In this document: positions 46,863 through 55,180 of the stretch, one piece after another
Layout of the letters: each line of letters begins with the position of its first letter
Numbering within the stretch: the first letter of the stretch is position 1
DNA from: an uncultured Candidatus Saccharibacteria bacterium
GTDB taxonomy: Bacteria; Patescibacteriota; Minisyncoccia; UBA6257; Colwellbacteraceae
NCBI GenBank assembly: GCA_964601595.1
Contig: CAZRNY010000001.1
Location: 1-62,423 of the forward strand
Direction: 5' to 3'
DNA length: 62,423 bases
Made by a program: the position numbers and the translations under genes
Notes under the pieces: generated by a model
What the model was told of the DNA's origin: nothing
Database searches by the model: none
Seen by the model: only the letters and a program-made list of their open reading frames with translations

Positions 46863-48266
46863 ATGTTCAGGAAGATAATTTCTTTTTTTCAAAAAGCGAC
46901 CTTTGGAAGGTCAGGAGATGAAAATATCCGCCATAAGGAATATATCCTTAATGTTCTTCTTATAAGTTCCATCGTCCTGTTGCTTACAGCCTTTATAATC
47001 GATCTCTCGCATTTTATCTTCGGTGACCCCGTTATCTATCAGAACAACTCCATTTCTCTTCTTATAGTCTTTTTTATACTTTTATTTTTTCTATTCCTAT
47101 ATCTTCTTTCTCGTAAGGGATTTTCTTTTCCTGTCTCATATCTGCTTATCAGCGTCTTTCTTCTCCTTGCGGCCTATATGGGTCTCTCTTGGGGAGTCGA
47201 TGTTATTGCAAGCCTTCTTTTCTATGTACTCGCGATAGTCATGGCCGGAATCCTGATCGGTGCCCGTTTTGCTTTCTTCTCGACATCTGCCGTGATCTTT
47301 CTGATTCTCGGTACGGATTATGTTCACAGGAGCGGTATCGTTGAAGCGAATCGCTATTGGAGAAGTGAGCCATGGACGGAAACGGATACGATCATCATGG
47401 CTGTCATCTTCTTCATCATAGCTATCGTCTCCTGGCTCTCTAATAGGGAGATAGAGAAGTCGCTGAAGAGAGCAATAAGATCGGAAGCAGAGTTGAAGCT
47501 AGAAAGAGACCTCTTAGAAGTAAAAGTGGAAGAGAGGGCCGCTGAGCTGAAGAAGGCGCAGATAGAGCAAGCCTCTCAGCTTTATCATTTTGCCGAATTC
47601 GGCAAGCTTTCTTCTAGTCTCTTCCATGATCTCGTTAACCCGCTTGCCGCTGCTTCGCTGAATATAGAGCGTATGCAAGATAATTCTGCGATAGAGAAGA
47701 TAGATAGGTCATATCTCGATAAGGCATCCATATCCATAAAGAGGATGGAAAATTTTATCGTCGCCGTACGCAAACAGATGATGAATCGGAGAATCGAGAA
47801 GGAATTTCTCATAGGCGATGAGATCCGCTCCGTCATCCAGATCCTTAATTACAAATCGAAGAGAGCAGGTGTATCGGTGTTTTTCGAACCGCCTTTCGAA
47901 ATATCCGTATATGGCGATCCGAACAGATTCAGTCAGGTTATCCTTAATCTTGTGGTTAATGCGATCGACTCTTATGCGTCGCCGTATTCCGATAACGGAG
48001 AAAGGAATGTCGAGATAATTCTCTCGGAAGGAGAAGGAATGATCAGGCTGTCGGTTAGGGATTATGGTTGCGGTATCCCTCTTGAAATCAGAGAAAAGAT
48101 ATTCGAGCCTTTCTTTACGACTAAAGGTTCGGACGAGGGTATAGGTATCGGCTTATCTCTCACAAAAGGAATAGTGGAAAATGATTTTCATGGCGATATC
48201 GCATGCGTAAGCGAAGATGGGAAGGGTTCTGTCTTCTCCATCTCTTTTCCCAAATCAGAAAGATAG
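46863..48266 (+). CDS. Polytopic membrane sensor histidine kinase
   Basis: About six N-terminal TM helices, a coiled coil, H-box FHDLVNPL and an HATPase domain (NLVVNAIDS, DYGCGIP, GIGIGL). Confidence 0.88.
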   Translation: MFRKIISFFQKATFGRSGDENIRHKEYILNVLLISSIVLLLTAFIIDLSHFIFGDPVIYQNNSISLLIVFFILLFFLFLYLLSRKGFSFPVSYLLISVFLLLAAYMGLSWGVDVIASLLFYVLAIVMAGILIGARFAFFSTSAVIFLILGTDYVHRSGIVEANRYWRSEPWTETDTIIMAVIFFIIAIVSWLSNREIEKSLKRAIRSEAELKLERDLLEVKVEERAAELKKAQIEQASQLYHFAEFGKLSSSLFHDLVNPLAAASLNIERMQDNSAIEKIDRSYLDKASISIKRMENFIVAVRKQMMNRRIEKEFLIGDEIRSVIQILNYKSKRAGVSVFFEPPFEISVYGDPNRFSQVILNLVVNAIDSYASPYSDNGERNVEIILSEGEGMIRLSVRDYGCGIPLEIREKIFEPFFTTKGSDEGIGIGLSLTKGIVENDFHGDIACVSEDGKGSVFSISFPKSER

Positions 48267-49901
48267 ATGGATATCGATATCGTAAAAACAATAAAAGGTA
48301 AGAGTGATTCCGTTCCGGTATCGACTCTTCTTGAGGCGCTGATGCTCTGCGTTCTTGATGATCTTCCGACCGAGCCTGGAACAGAAGAATTGGGAAAGAT
48401 GATCGCAGAATCCCTTTCTTTAAAGAAAGGAGATAGATTGCTTGCTTCGGATAATATAGGAGAGGGCCTTTTCGTTATTTCTGCCCTGTCCGGTTATTAC
48501 CCGGAGCTCATCGATGGTTCATCTTTAGCGGAGATCCTGATGACTCTTACTTCAGCCGAATCAGAAGAGGGCGGTCCTTACTATTACCGAGTGGGAGAAA
48601 AGACAGATATCGATCTCGGAGTGAATGCTTGTATCGCTTATTTTCTTTCCCTTCAAGATGTCAGTCTCCCTTCGCTCGATAATTTGGCTGAAGATGCCAT
48701 CGATCGGAATGATTTCGAATCGGATCTGTTCGATTCTCCTTATCCTGTCATCTATCTGATATCGAAATATTATAAGGGTGAAAGAAAAGAGAAGTTGAGA
48801 GAGATCATCTCTTCGATCGAAGGCGATGGAGATTTCAGCGATCTCCTGCTTAAACTGGCTTTGAAGAATGTTTCAGAAGACGAGGCTGATCTCCGGGAAG
48901 ACGAAATGGAAGAAGACGAATTGCTGATGATGGCTATGATCCTCGAGAAAGCGGAAAATAGGTTTTTGGGATTAAGCGGAGATATGAGAGATCTTGCCGT
49001 AAAGGCCATAAATAAGACATTAAGCGGTAACAAGGATAGGCAGATGTCCCTTATGCCCTTCTATTTTAAGAAAGCTCTTGGTGAGAGAGGAAATGATATT
49101 CCAGACAGCCTTATCGCCGATATGGGCCTCGCGAATATTTTCTTCTGGACGGCATTCATCATCTACGATGATTTTTGGGATGAAGATGAATCCGCTGATC
49201 CGCGGATGCTTCCGATCGCAAATCTCTTCGCGAGGCATTATGTCGATTTTTTCTCATCTCTCTTTCCTCCTGAGAGAGACTTTCGCTCCTTCTTCAGCGA
49301 GCTGATGGATAAGCTGGATGAAGCGAATAACTGGGAAACGATTCATTGCCGGACAAGGATCGATGGATCGGTCTTATTTATTCCTCCGAATCTTCCGGAA
49401 TATCGCGACTATGAGTTTAAATATCGACCGGCTTCCGGCCATATTCTCGGCTGTGTCGCCATTCTCCGCCTCTTGGGGTTTGAAGAAGATTCTCCCGAAA
49501 CGGAAAATTTGATCTCTTATTTCCGGAATTATCTGATAGCCATGCAGATAAACGACGATGCTCACGACTGGGAAGAAGATATGAGACGGGGCCACCTGAG
49601 CGCCGTGGTGACGATGCTCCTTCGTGAATACATATCGAGATATCCCGAAAAGAAAGAGGTAGACATGGATAAGGATATTAAAAGCCTTCAGGAAGCGTTT
49701 TGGTTCGGCACTATCGTTTCCGCTTCGGAGACCGCTATAAGGCATACCGACCTCTCTGAAGTTTCCCTTGAAGCAATTACTGTCATTGAAGACCTCGCTC
49801 CGCTTCGGAGATTTATAAGTATTTCTCGGAATATCGCGAAGAAAGCGATTAAGGAGCAAGCAGATTCGGTCAGGTTCTTAGAAAGATTCGAAGGAGTATA
49901 G
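48267..49901 (+). CDS. Polyprenyl-synthase-like (class I isoprenoid synthase fold) protein with an N-terminal extension of about 280 aa
   Basis: There are two Asp-rich motifs about 125 aa apart: FIIYDDFWDED and IAMQINDDAHDWEED. The second matches the FQxxDDxxD context of the trans-prenyltransferase second Asp-rich motif. The start abuts the kinase stop (TAGATG). Confidence 0.4.
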   Translation: MDIDIVKTIKGKSDSVPVSTLLEALMLCVLDDLPTEPGTEELGKMIAESLSLKKGDRLLASDNIGEGLFVISALSGYYPELIDGSSLAEILMTLTSAESEEGGPYYYRVGEKTDIDLGVNACIAYFLSLQDVSLPSLDNLAEDAIDRNDFESDLFDSPYPVIYLISKYYKGERKEKLREIISSIEGDGDFSDLLLKLALKNVSEDEADLREDEMEEDELLMMAMILEKAENRFLGLSGDMRDLAVKAINKTLSGNKDRQMSLMPFYFKKALGERGNDIPDSLIADMGLANIFFWTAFIIYDDFWDEDESADPRMLPIANLFARHYVDFFSSLFPPERDFRSFFSELMDKLDEANNWETIHCRTRIDGSVLFIPPNLPEYRDYEFKYRPASGHILGCVAILRLLGFEEDSPETENLISYFRNYLIAMQINDDAHDWEEDMRRGHLSAVVTMLLREYISRYPEKKEVDMDKDIKSLQEAFWFGTIVSASETAIRHTDLSEVSLEAITVIEDLAPLRRFISISRNIAKKAIKEQADSVRFLERFEGV

Positions 49902-50025
49902 AGGGTGATTGTGACAAACAAGGCCTCATCCGGATAATGGATTGAGACCTTATGATTTTATGAAAACTTTATCTACTTTTAGTTAGAATCTAAGTAACCC
50001 CGTATGAATAGGGAACATTAAAAAT

Positions 50026-50511
50026 ATGATGATCGAATCAGCAATACTCAACGAGTATCGTTGTGAGTGTGGAAAACTCCTCTTTAAGGGGATACTTTCG
50101 GTTTGCAAGGTCGAAATAAAATGTAAAAGATGTGGCGCAGTGAAGACTATTGTCTATGGTAATGACTACCTTTATGGAAATAATGGCTCTCGTCTTAATC
50201 GATGCAATTTCTTATCCGATATAGATTCCAAGGGAAACTTTCTTTCGGTAGACATGGAGATGACATATCTTCTTGGATATGAGACAGATGAAGTTGTCGG
50301 TAAGTCCCTATTTGACCTATGTATTTCGAAGGGAGGGGATCTAGAAAAGGATAGCTTTCTCTCCTTTGCCGAAGAAGGGAAGCCGTTTATTGCTCTCAAG
50401 GCGAATATTCTGCGCAAGGATGGGAATATTATGATGATACCTATCTGCTTCGTCCCGATAACGGATACTGGCAGGCCTTCCGGCTATAAGCTAATTAGTT
50501 GGGCTAGTTGA
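50026..50511 (+). CDS. Com-type zinc ribbon fused to a PAS domain
   Basis: The N-terminus YRCECGKLLFKG....VEIKCKRCGAVKT matches the phage Mu Com zinc-ribbon pattern. The C-terminal 100 aa are PAS-like (FLSVDMEMTYLLGYETDEVVGKSLFDL...LRKDGNIMMIPI). Confidence 0.65.
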   Translation: MMIESAILNEYRCECGKLLFKGILSVCKVEIKCKRCGAVKTIVYGNDYLYGNNGSRLNRCNFLSDIDSKGNFLSVDMEMTYLLGYETDEVVGKSLFDLCISKGGDLEKDSFLSFAEEGKPFIALKANILRKDGNIMMIPICFVPITDTGRPSGYKLISWAS

Positions 50512-50831
50512 TCAATTAGTATATTTATCAGTATCGTCAAGCTGGCCGTAGGGCTGGTTTTTGTTTCCTCTAGATCTAATATCGGTATGGAAAAGAAGAT
50601 GGAGAGGGACGAGAGCCTTATGAATTTCAAGAAAGCATGGAAGAAGATGACTATTACCTTCGGTGAACCTTTTTTTCGAATCTCTTCCAAAAGGAGAAGA
50701 TCGTATGGTTCTTCTCGAGCAGAAGGTTCTTTCCGTCACGGATAAGAAAGAATATTGAAAGGTATATGAGAAGTATTCCCCGTCTCCTGATATACAGAAA
50801 GACGGGCTTTTATTTAGCTTTAAAACCTATT

Positions 50832-50859
50832 TTGCGCTTTTGCATAGATGTGTTACGAT
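50832..50859 (+). promoter_or_regulatory. Candidate promoter for the RRM protein gene
   Basis: TTGCGC (50832-37), N16, TACGAT (50854-59). Confidence 0.3.
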
Positions 50860-50862
50860 GTT

Positions 50863-50990
50863 TCTCGTAAGTTACGGTTTCCCTTCCTCGTGTTGAACGA
50901 GATGGTGTTGGAGTTCGGTTCCCTTAAAAGGCCGGTTCCAGGGAAAGGGTCGGCTTACGAGAGAGTTAACCAACACACGAACGAGGAATG
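50863..50990 (+). promoter_or_regulatory. Structured 5' leader of the RRM protein gene with possible start-codon sequestration
   Basis: TCTCGTAAG (50863-71) pairs with CTTACGAGA (50954-62). There is a local hairpin CTCGT-GTTGA-ACGAG. TTCCTCG (50884-90) is complementary to CGAGGAA (50982-88), which includes the A of the ATG. GTGTTGG (50905-11) is complementary to CCAACAC (50970-76). Confidence 0.3.
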
Positions 50991-51293
50991 GCCAAAAAGA
51001 TCTACGTCGGAGGATTGCCTTATGCAGTCCGCGACGCTGAGCTAAAGGAGTACTTCGCCGCTGCCGGTAACATCGATTCCGCGACCGTTATAATGGATCG
51101 CGCGACTAATCGCTCTAAGGGATTCGGATTCGTCGAGTTTTCGACTGATGATGAAGCTCAGAAGGCGATCGAAATGTTCGATGGTAAAGACTTCGGTGGA
51201 AGAACCATTAACGTGAACGAGGCTAAGCCTATGGAAGATCGCCCTAGGAGGGACAACATGGGAGGTGGCTTTGGTCGCGGTAATAGGTGGTAA
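50988..51293 (+). CDS. RNA-binding protein with one RRM domain and a Gly/Arg-rich tail
   Basis: RNP-2 is IYVGGL, RNP-1 is KGFGFVEF and the tail is GGGFGRGNRW. Confidence 0.92.
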   Translation: MAKKIYVGGLPYAVRDAELKEYFAAAGNIDSATVIMDRATNRSKGFGFVEFSTDDEAQKAIEMFDGKDFGGRTINVNEAKPMEDRPRRDNMGGGFGRGNRW

Positions 51294-51307
51294 TCCTACT
51301 ATAGCTA

Positions 51308-51346
51308 AAAAGACGCGCATCTCACGATGCGCGTCTTTTGTTTTTC
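51308..51346 (+). terminator. Intrinsic terminator
   Basis: AGACGCGCATC-TCAC-GATGCGCGTCT followed by TTTTGTTTTT. Confidence 0.9.
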
Positions 51347-51366
51347 TGTTTTATAATTTTATTGAT

Positions 51367-51894
51367 ATGAGGAATACCATAGCCTCTCTTCTTCTCGGGA
51401 TAGTGGTCGTTTTTTTCGCGGGGACATTTCTCCACTTCGCTTTCGATATCTTCGGAAGGGTCCCTTATTTCGCGCCGATAGCGGCTGTGAATGAGAGCGT
51501 ATGGGAACACCTAAAACTCCTTTTCTTCCCTTTTATAGGCTACGCGCTGATAGAGAGGAAATATAAGAAAGAGGAGAAAGGCTATTGGTTCGGCAAGCTG
51601 GTCGGATCTCTCATTGGTATGCTTTTCGTAGTAGTCGCTTTCTATGGCTATACTTTCTTTGTTGGTCATTCCGTCTTGGGGGTAGATATCGCGATCTTCG
51701 CGATATGCGTCGTACTGGCTTTTATCTCCGCTCATTTCATATCCGTTTCGAACGATAACGCGTTGAGAAACATGATAGGTATGGCGGGTATCGCTATCTT
51801 TATTCTCTTATTCTCGATATTTACTTTCTTTCCTCCGAGAATCCCTATATTCAAAGATAACAACACTTACAGTTATGGCGCTTCTTTCAGATAG
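51367..51894 (+). CDS. Polytopic membrane protein (DUF6512-like)
   Basis: ATG at 51367 (MRNTIASLLLG...). About five TM helices and the motif NESVWEHLKLLFFPF. The ORF-track extension to 51265 would run through the terminator. Confidence 0.7.
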   Translation: MRNTIASLLLGIVVVFFAGTFLHFAFDIFGRVPYFAPIAAVNESVWEHLKLLFFPFIGYALIERKYKKEEKGYWFGKLVGSLIGMLFVVVAFYGYTFFVGHSVLGVDIAIFAICVVLAFISAHFISVSNDNALRNMIGMAGIAIFILLFSIFTFFPPRIPIFKDNNTYSYGASFR

Positions 51895-52000
51895 GTCGGA
51901 CTCCAGTCGTAGTGCGTATCATATTCTGATTGACAGAAATCAATAAGATTGTATTAATAGCCCCAGCACATTTATTTTCAAATAAGAAGGAGGCGCTACT

Positions 52001-52801
52001 ATGTCAGTTGGTAAAAGTACTGTCGTTAATATATCGGAATTTGTCGATCTTCTCGTAACGGTGTGGCCTGAGTCACAAGTCGAGAGAGAACACGATGAGC
52101 CCGAAAGATGGGTAGGTAAGCTTCAAACAGACGGAGAATCATTCTCTGTCATGCTGCAGCGGACCAGAAACTGGGCTATCGTCGAATCGGCTTCCCTGAG
52201 TGTCAGTCGGTGTGTTTCTGATATCATCTCTGAATTATTTGACTATAAGCCTTTCTGTTCCTATATAGATGATCTTCACGGGAAGAAGTCTAAGTTCGAA
52301 TGGGAAAAGTTCGATCCTCACCAGAGGATGGCTAAAATAATCGAGAGAAGGGGCATATCGGGACTAAGGATGTCGAAAGAATCTTTTGCAAAAGCCCCTG
52401 ACCTTCCTGACGGGATGGATGCCTTATTCGTCAGTTATGAATCTTTTGTGTCTTCCATTCCTCATCATGTATCGCAATATAATCTTGCTGGGGTGTTGGA
52501 GTTCCTCGATTCAGAGGTATTCATCTGTCAGTCCGGAGAAGGAGTTTCTTTCTTCGAATGGAGCGATACCGATCCGGCAGATCGTCACGCAGTGGAGTTT
52601 GCCATACATCCTCTATACGCAGCAGGAATAATCCGCGATGAAGATGTGGAAAGCATCTATAAGACATTTTCTCTCGGTATGGATTGTCTTAATTGGGGAG
52701 AGATGAATCTTTTGCGCAGATTTTCCGTAAATGGCAGTGACTTTGTGATAATGGTAGTGAATGAAGCAGGGCTTATCAGGCTATGTCTGAAAAGCTGCTG
52801 A
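52001..52801 (+). CDS. Hypothetical cytoplasmic protein
   Basis: 266-aa ORF with a strong SD (AAGGAGG, 8 nt upstream) and its own terminator. Confidence 0.7.
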   Translation: MSVGKSTVVNISEFVDLLVTVWPESQVEREHDEPERWVGKLQTDGESFSVMLQRTRNWAIVESASLSVSRCVSDIISELFDYKPFCSYIDDLHGKKSKFEWEKFDPHQRMAKIIERRGISGLRMSKESFAKAPDLPDGMDALFVSYESFVSSIPHHVSQYNLAGVLEFLDSEVFICQSGEGVSFFEWSDTDPADRHAVEFAIHPLYAAGIIRDEDVESIYKTFSLGMDCLNWGEMNLLRRFSVNGSDFVIMVVNEAGLIRLCLKSC

Positions 52802-52807
52802 AACCAT

Positions 52808-52829
52808 GGCTCCTTTCGGAGCCTTTTTT
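52808..52829 (+). terminator. Intrinsic terminator
   Basis: GGCTCC-TTTC-GGAGCC followed by T6. Confidence 0.85.
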
Positions 52830-52861
52830 ATTTATTATTTTTTCGGGGTTATTATTTACGG

Positions 52862-54100
52862 ATGGAAAACCCTTTAGATAATGCTCGCGCGCAGGTTACG
52901 CGCGCTGTCCGATTTACTAGCCTTAGCGATGAGGCGGTAGAAGCTCTGATGCGTATCGATAATTTTGTGGAAGGAGAGATCGAGATCGAGATGGACTCGG
53001 GAGAGAAGAAGAAATTCAAGGCTTTCCGCAGTCAACATAACAATGCGCGCGGTCCTTACAAAGGGGGGATCAGATTCCATGAACGCGTTTCGGAAGAAGA
53101 GGTCAAAGCTCTTTCTATCTGGATGACCTGGAAGACCGCAATTGTCGGTATTCCTTTCGGAGGGGGAAAGGGTGGCGTTATTGTCGATCCGAAAACCCTT
53201 TCAAAGAAAGAGCTTGAGAGTCTTTCGAGAGCTTACGCGAGGCTTATCGCTCCCTATATCGGCTCGAGGAAAGATATTCCCGCTCCCGATGTTAATACGA
53301 ATAGCGAGATAATAGCTTGGATGCTTGATGAGTTCGAGAAGATCGGTGGTCATTCGGACTTAGGTGCCTTTACCGGAAAGCCTATTGCTATCGGTGGTTC
53401 GCTTGGTAGGGAAGAGGCTACCGGTCTCGGCGGCTTTTATATCTTTCAGTCTTTGGTTCGCGATTTCGGTATTTCTTCGCCTACGGTCGCTATCCAGGGA
53501 GTCGGTAATGTCGGTTCTCATTTTGCTGAGTTGGCTTACGATGCCGGATTTAAGATAGTCGCTCTTTCCGATTCGAAAGGCACTATCGCGAATAAAGATG
53601 GCATAAATGTCTGGGAGGCTGTGATATGGAAGAAAGAGAAGGGAAGCTTCGAGGGTCTGCCTGGAGAATATTCCGGTGTCGATTCTATCATCTCTATTCC
53701 TTGCGACATCTTCGTTCCTGCCGCTCTCGAGAATGCCGTTACAGAGGGTAATGCCGATTCTGTTTCCGCAAAGTTCATCATGGAACTTGCGAACGGTCCG
53801 GTTTCTCCGGAAGCGGAAAAGATATTATCCGATAAGGGCGTTGTTATTGTCCCTGATGTTCTTGCAAACGCTGGCGGTGTTACCGTCTCCTACTTCGAGT
53901 GGGCGGAAAATTCAGGCAATTGGTATTGGGAAATAGATGAAGTAAGGGAGAGATTAAAGAAGGTGATGGATCGGGCTTGGAAGTCAGCCTTCGATAACTA
54001 TGGTGAGATGAAAATCAATGGAGGATCATTCCGTGATGCGGTCTATGCGACTGCCCTAAAGAGGGTTTTCGAGGCGATGCATCTCCGTGGTGAGGTATAA
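52862..54100 (+). CDS. gdhA: Glutamate dehydrogenase (Glu/Leu/Phe/Val dehydrogenase family)
   Basis: GPYKGGIRFH catalytic Lys region, GGGKGG, and dinucleotide fold IQGVGNVGS. Confidence 0.92.
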   Translation: MENPLDNARAQVTRAVRFTSLSDEAVEALMRIDNFVEGEIEIEMDSGEKKKFKAFRSQHNNARGPYKGGIRFHERVSEEEVKALSIWMTWKTAIVGIPFGGGKGGVIVDPKTLSKKELESLSRAYARLIAPYIGSRKDIPAPDVNTNSEIIAWMLDEFEKIGGHSDLGAFTGKPIAIGGSLGREEATGLGGFYIFQSLVRDFGISSPTVAIQGVGNVGSHFAELAYDAGFKIVALSDSKGTIANKDGINVWEAVIWKKEKGSFEGLPGEYSGVDSIISIPCDIFVPAALENAVTEGNADSVSAKFIMELANGPVSPEAEKILSDKGVVIVPDVLANAGGVTVSYFEWAENSGNWYWEIDEVRERLKKVMDRAWKSAFDNYGEMKINGGSFRDAVYATALKRVFEAMHLRGEV

Positions 54101-54145
54101 TGATTGCAGGGAAGTATTCTAAAGAGTTATATTTTAAATGAAGAA

Positions 54146-55090
54146 ATGAGCAAAATCCGTATCGCCGTCCTAATGGGTGGTCCTTCTTCAGAACATGATG
54201 TCTCGCTCTTGTCGGGGGACACCGTGTGCCGCCACTTAAACAGGGAAAGATATGATGTTTTACCTGTCTTTATCGATCGGTTGGGAGAATGGGAGATTTC
54301 TTTCGAGCACCTGCTTGAGAATGTCGATATCGCTTTTCTTGCTCTTCACGGAGAATACGGAGAGGATGGCCGTGTTCAGGATTTCTTGGATTCCATAGGT
54401 CTTCCTTACACCGGCTCTCCCGCGAGAGCGAGCGCTCTCGGTATGAACAAGATTGCCTCGAATAAACTCTTCCGTGCTTACGGACTCGAGGTCCCTGAAT
54501 GGACAGAGGCTTCGCGCCATAACGATTGGGCTTATCTGAATGTCAATTTCGGTTATCCTGTCGTTGTGAAGCCGATCGACAGGGGGTCTTCTGTTGGAGT
54601 TAATATTGTAAGAAACGAGATAGGTCTTCGTGACGCTCTCTGTAATACCTTCGAAGTATCGAAGCACGCGATGATCCAGCGTTATATATCCGGAAGGGAA
54701 ATAACTTGTCCGGTCATCGAAGACGAGTGCGGCGAGCTTCCTTTAGTTCCTACGGAGATCATCCCTAAGAATGCCGATTTCTTTGATTATAAATCGAAGT
54801 ATGAGGCTGGCGCCTCGAGAGAGATTACGCCTGCTCCTTTATCTAAGATGGAGCTCGAAGAAGTGAGGCGCATCGCTGTCGCCGCGCATAGGGTTGTCGG
54901 AGCCCGCGGAGTCTCAAGAACAGATATGATCATCGGTAATGATGGTCGCATCTATATCCTCGAGATAAATACTCTTCCGGGGCTTACTCCTACGAGCCTC
55001 TTGCCGCAATCGGCTGCCGCAATCGGTCTTTCTATGGAGGGCCTTCTGGATAAGGTAGTCGCATCGGCTGTGAGGAGATACGGAAAATAG
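54146..55090 (+). CDS. ddl: D-alanine--D-alanine ligase
   Basis: IAVLMGGPSSEHDVSLLSG, LHGEYGEDGRVQ, ATP-grasp motifs and EINTLPGLT. ATG 54146 is preferred over the upstream start in the ORF track. Confidence 0.92.
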   Translation: MSKIRIAVLMGGPSSEHDVSLLSGDTVCRHLNRERYDVLPVFIDRLGEWEISFEHLLENVDIAFLALHGEYGEDGRVQDFLDSIGLPYTGSPARASALGMNKIASNKLFRAYGLEVPEWTEASRHNDWAYLNVNFGYPVVVKPIDRGSSVGVNIVRNEIGLRDALCNTFEVSKHAMIQRYISGREITCPVIEDECGELPLVPTEIIPKNADFFDYKSKYEAGASREITPAPLSKMELEEVRRIAVAAHRVVGARGVSRTDMIIGNDGRIYILEINTLPGLTPTSLLPQSAAAIGLSMEGLLDKVVASAVRRYGK

Positions 55091-55093
55091 GGA

Positions 55094-55120
55094 AATGCCG
55101 GGCAAAAGCCTGGCATTTTC
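55094..55120 (+). terminator. Intrinsic terminator
   Basis: AATGCCGGGC-AAAA-GCCTGGCATT (one G-U pair) followed by TTC. Confidence 0.75.
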
Positions 55121-55180
55121 TGTTATTTAAAGGTTGGGCTTGGATGTCTCGGCTAAGACTCATATAATGAGCCGGAAGAG

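Noticed and set aside
50587-50745. 52-aa + strand ORF (MEKKMERDESLMNFKKAWKK...) and overlapping - strand ORFs 50484-50690 and 50512-50739 in the long spacer
   Set aside because: The sequences are highly basic and low in complexity, with no SD, no hydrophobic core and mutually overlapping frames. I cannot support any of them as coding, although a terminator-like hairpin at 50779-50815 means a short transcript cannot be excluded.
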